Below are positions 30,790 through 32,226 of a stretch of DNA of 32,226 nt, piece by piece. The notes under the pieces were generated by a model, which saw only the letters and a program-made list of their open reading frames with translations, was not told where the DNA came from and ran no database searches. Each line of letters opens with the position of its first letter. Position 1 is the stretch's first letter. Where the stretch lies: NCBI RefSeq assembly GCF_001194135.2, contig NC_068992.1, positions 9,027,571 to 9,059,796 on the forward strand. The letters run 5' to 3'. The stretch comes from Octopus bimaculoides. Lineage: Eukaryota. The translations under genes were made by a program, and so were the position numbers.

Positions 30790-31000
30790 AGTGATTTATG
30801 CTAAGGATATAAGTTATTCTATTGAGAGAGTAAAATAGAAATGCTCTTAGGACTCTTTAAAACATTTCTGAAATGTCTTGGCATCGATACTGGATATTGG
30901 GCAGAAGCTGTTGGAGACAGTTCAAGAATTCTGAACTTACTCGTAAAGCTATAACAACTGGTGAACAAAGAAACAGTATAGCAACAACTAAGGTAATCAG
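30790..31000 (+). mobile_element. RTE LINE RT C-terminal remnant
   Basis: DSLKTFLKCLGIDTGYWAEAVGDSS...RKAITTGEQRNSIA resembles KD.LK.SLK...I....WE..A.DR..WR..I.KG...YE..R. Confidence 0.55.
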
Positions 31001-31304
31001 TTGGCAAGAAGAATCTTCGTTTACCATAATTATAATAGTTTTCCATGTGAAGCATAAGCCAATGAAAGAGTTTGCACATGGGTACACAGGATTATTAATT
31101 TTAGATACACTATACATGCATGTGTGTGTGAGGGGGGAGTGTTTATGTGTATACATGCGTATATACAAGTGCGTAGACAAATGATAGAAAGTAGCATTCA
31201 ACACATTTGGCTGGAATTACAAATATTTTGGTAACAGTTTGACTCACCTTTGTTTCGTGGGTGCGTAGGATGGACCCATCTTGTCAGATATAGGAGAATA
31301 TATA

Positions 31305-31558
31305 TTTATGTATCTTTTATCTTTTATATTTTACTAGCTTCAATCTTTAGACTTCGGCCATGCTGGGTCATTGCCTTGAAGAATTTTTAGCCAATTGAAT
31401 CACCCCCAGTACTTATTTTTGTTAAACTTGGTTCTTATTCTACCAATCTCTTTTCTGAACCACTAAGTTATGGTTATTAAGCAATGGCGGGGGACAAAGA
31501 AACACACAAATTTACACTCGCAAAGATATATATATATATATATACATATATACGACAA
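31305..31558 (-). mobile_element. Degenerate SINE family A 3' half with TA tract
   Basis: CGGCCATGCTGGG...CCCCAGTACTTATTTT...CTTATTCTACCAATCTCTTTTCTGAACCACTAAGTTATGG. Confidence 0.7.
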
Positions 31559-31680
31559 GCATCCAGTCATAGAAAATCTACATCTATAAATTCTGTCTGG
31601 CTTATGCAAGCGTGGAAAAGTGAACATTAAAATAATGACAATGTTGATAAGGAGGAGGATGGTGATGATGAAGATGAAAA
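31558..31680 (+). mobile_element. Family D 3' fragment
   Basis: GCATCCAGTCATAGAAAATCTAC...ATGCAAGCGTGGAAAAGTGAACATTAAAATAATG. Confidence 0.65.
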
Positions 31681-32226
31681 TAGGGCCTGTAAAAGACAAA
31701 GACCGGTGAAGAGATGTGGGAAGAACAAGTGAAGGCTGATGTCAAGATACTAAATATCATAAAAATGATGTCAAATGGCAAGAGGTAGAGCTGTAGCAGA
31801 ACCAATACAACCCATTATGGAAAATTGATTTAAAGTGATAATGAGACGTAGATTTCTGTATTATGTATATGAGTTTCTCTTTGTCATTTAAGTAAGCACA
31901 ATAAATATCTTATAATGTATTATAAAATAATCGTTCTTGGCTTGTTGATGAAATGTTTAATTTACACAAGCTAAATGAGTAATTAAATCAGTCTGTATAC
32001 TGCCTCTTTGATTTCTTTTATAGTTTTCAATGAGGCTGTTTGTTATTTATAGACATTATTTCAATATAGTAAGAAATAATCTTACCTTTCATTTTTAGTT
32101 ATGTCTTTTCAATGGCCTCCAGAAAGCTTTCCGTTTTACACACAGAAAGACACACATGCCCACGCACACACACATACACATGAACACATATATATGTATA
32201 TGTTAATATATATATATATATATATA

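Noticed and set aside
1-32226. A novel multi-gene or prokaryotic-type system
   Set aside because: There are no operons, intact enzymes or defence genes; the window is repeat-dominated eukaryotic non-coding DNA.

Overview
This is eukaryotic, AT-rich, essentially non-coding DNA from a draft assembly with five N gaps (~3837-4107, 14187-14893, 23178-23443, 25957-26556, 29740-30057), almost all bordered by simple repeats. The repeat families match, from memory, those of coleoid cephalopods (Octopus); this is an inference, not a database result. No protein-coding gene can be called with confidence. The supplied ORFs are explained by microsatellites, N runs, SINEs or decayed transposons. The window is a mosaic of several elements: (1) at least five SINE-like families, with my working labels A-E, two copies of which have clear target-site duplications; (2) decayed fragments of RTE, R4/Dong-like, possible CR1/L2 and Gypsy retroelements; (3) hAT-Charlie, TTAA-MITE and Helentron-like ends; (4) dense microsatellites. 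The structures not explained by ordinary repeats are a CpG-rich promoter-like patch (~1240-1530), a ~450-bp inverted duplication carrying a splice-site-flanked 79-nt segment in both arms (23687-25718), a ~62-bp-stem palindrome (17984-18113) heading an old ~340-380-bp tandem array in which a 20-bp minisatellite arose, a perfect 20-bp hairpin (10833-10879), a tRNA(CAT)-like sequence with a T6 terminator, and several weak candidate small exons. There is no CRISPR, rRNA or prokaryotic-type system here.
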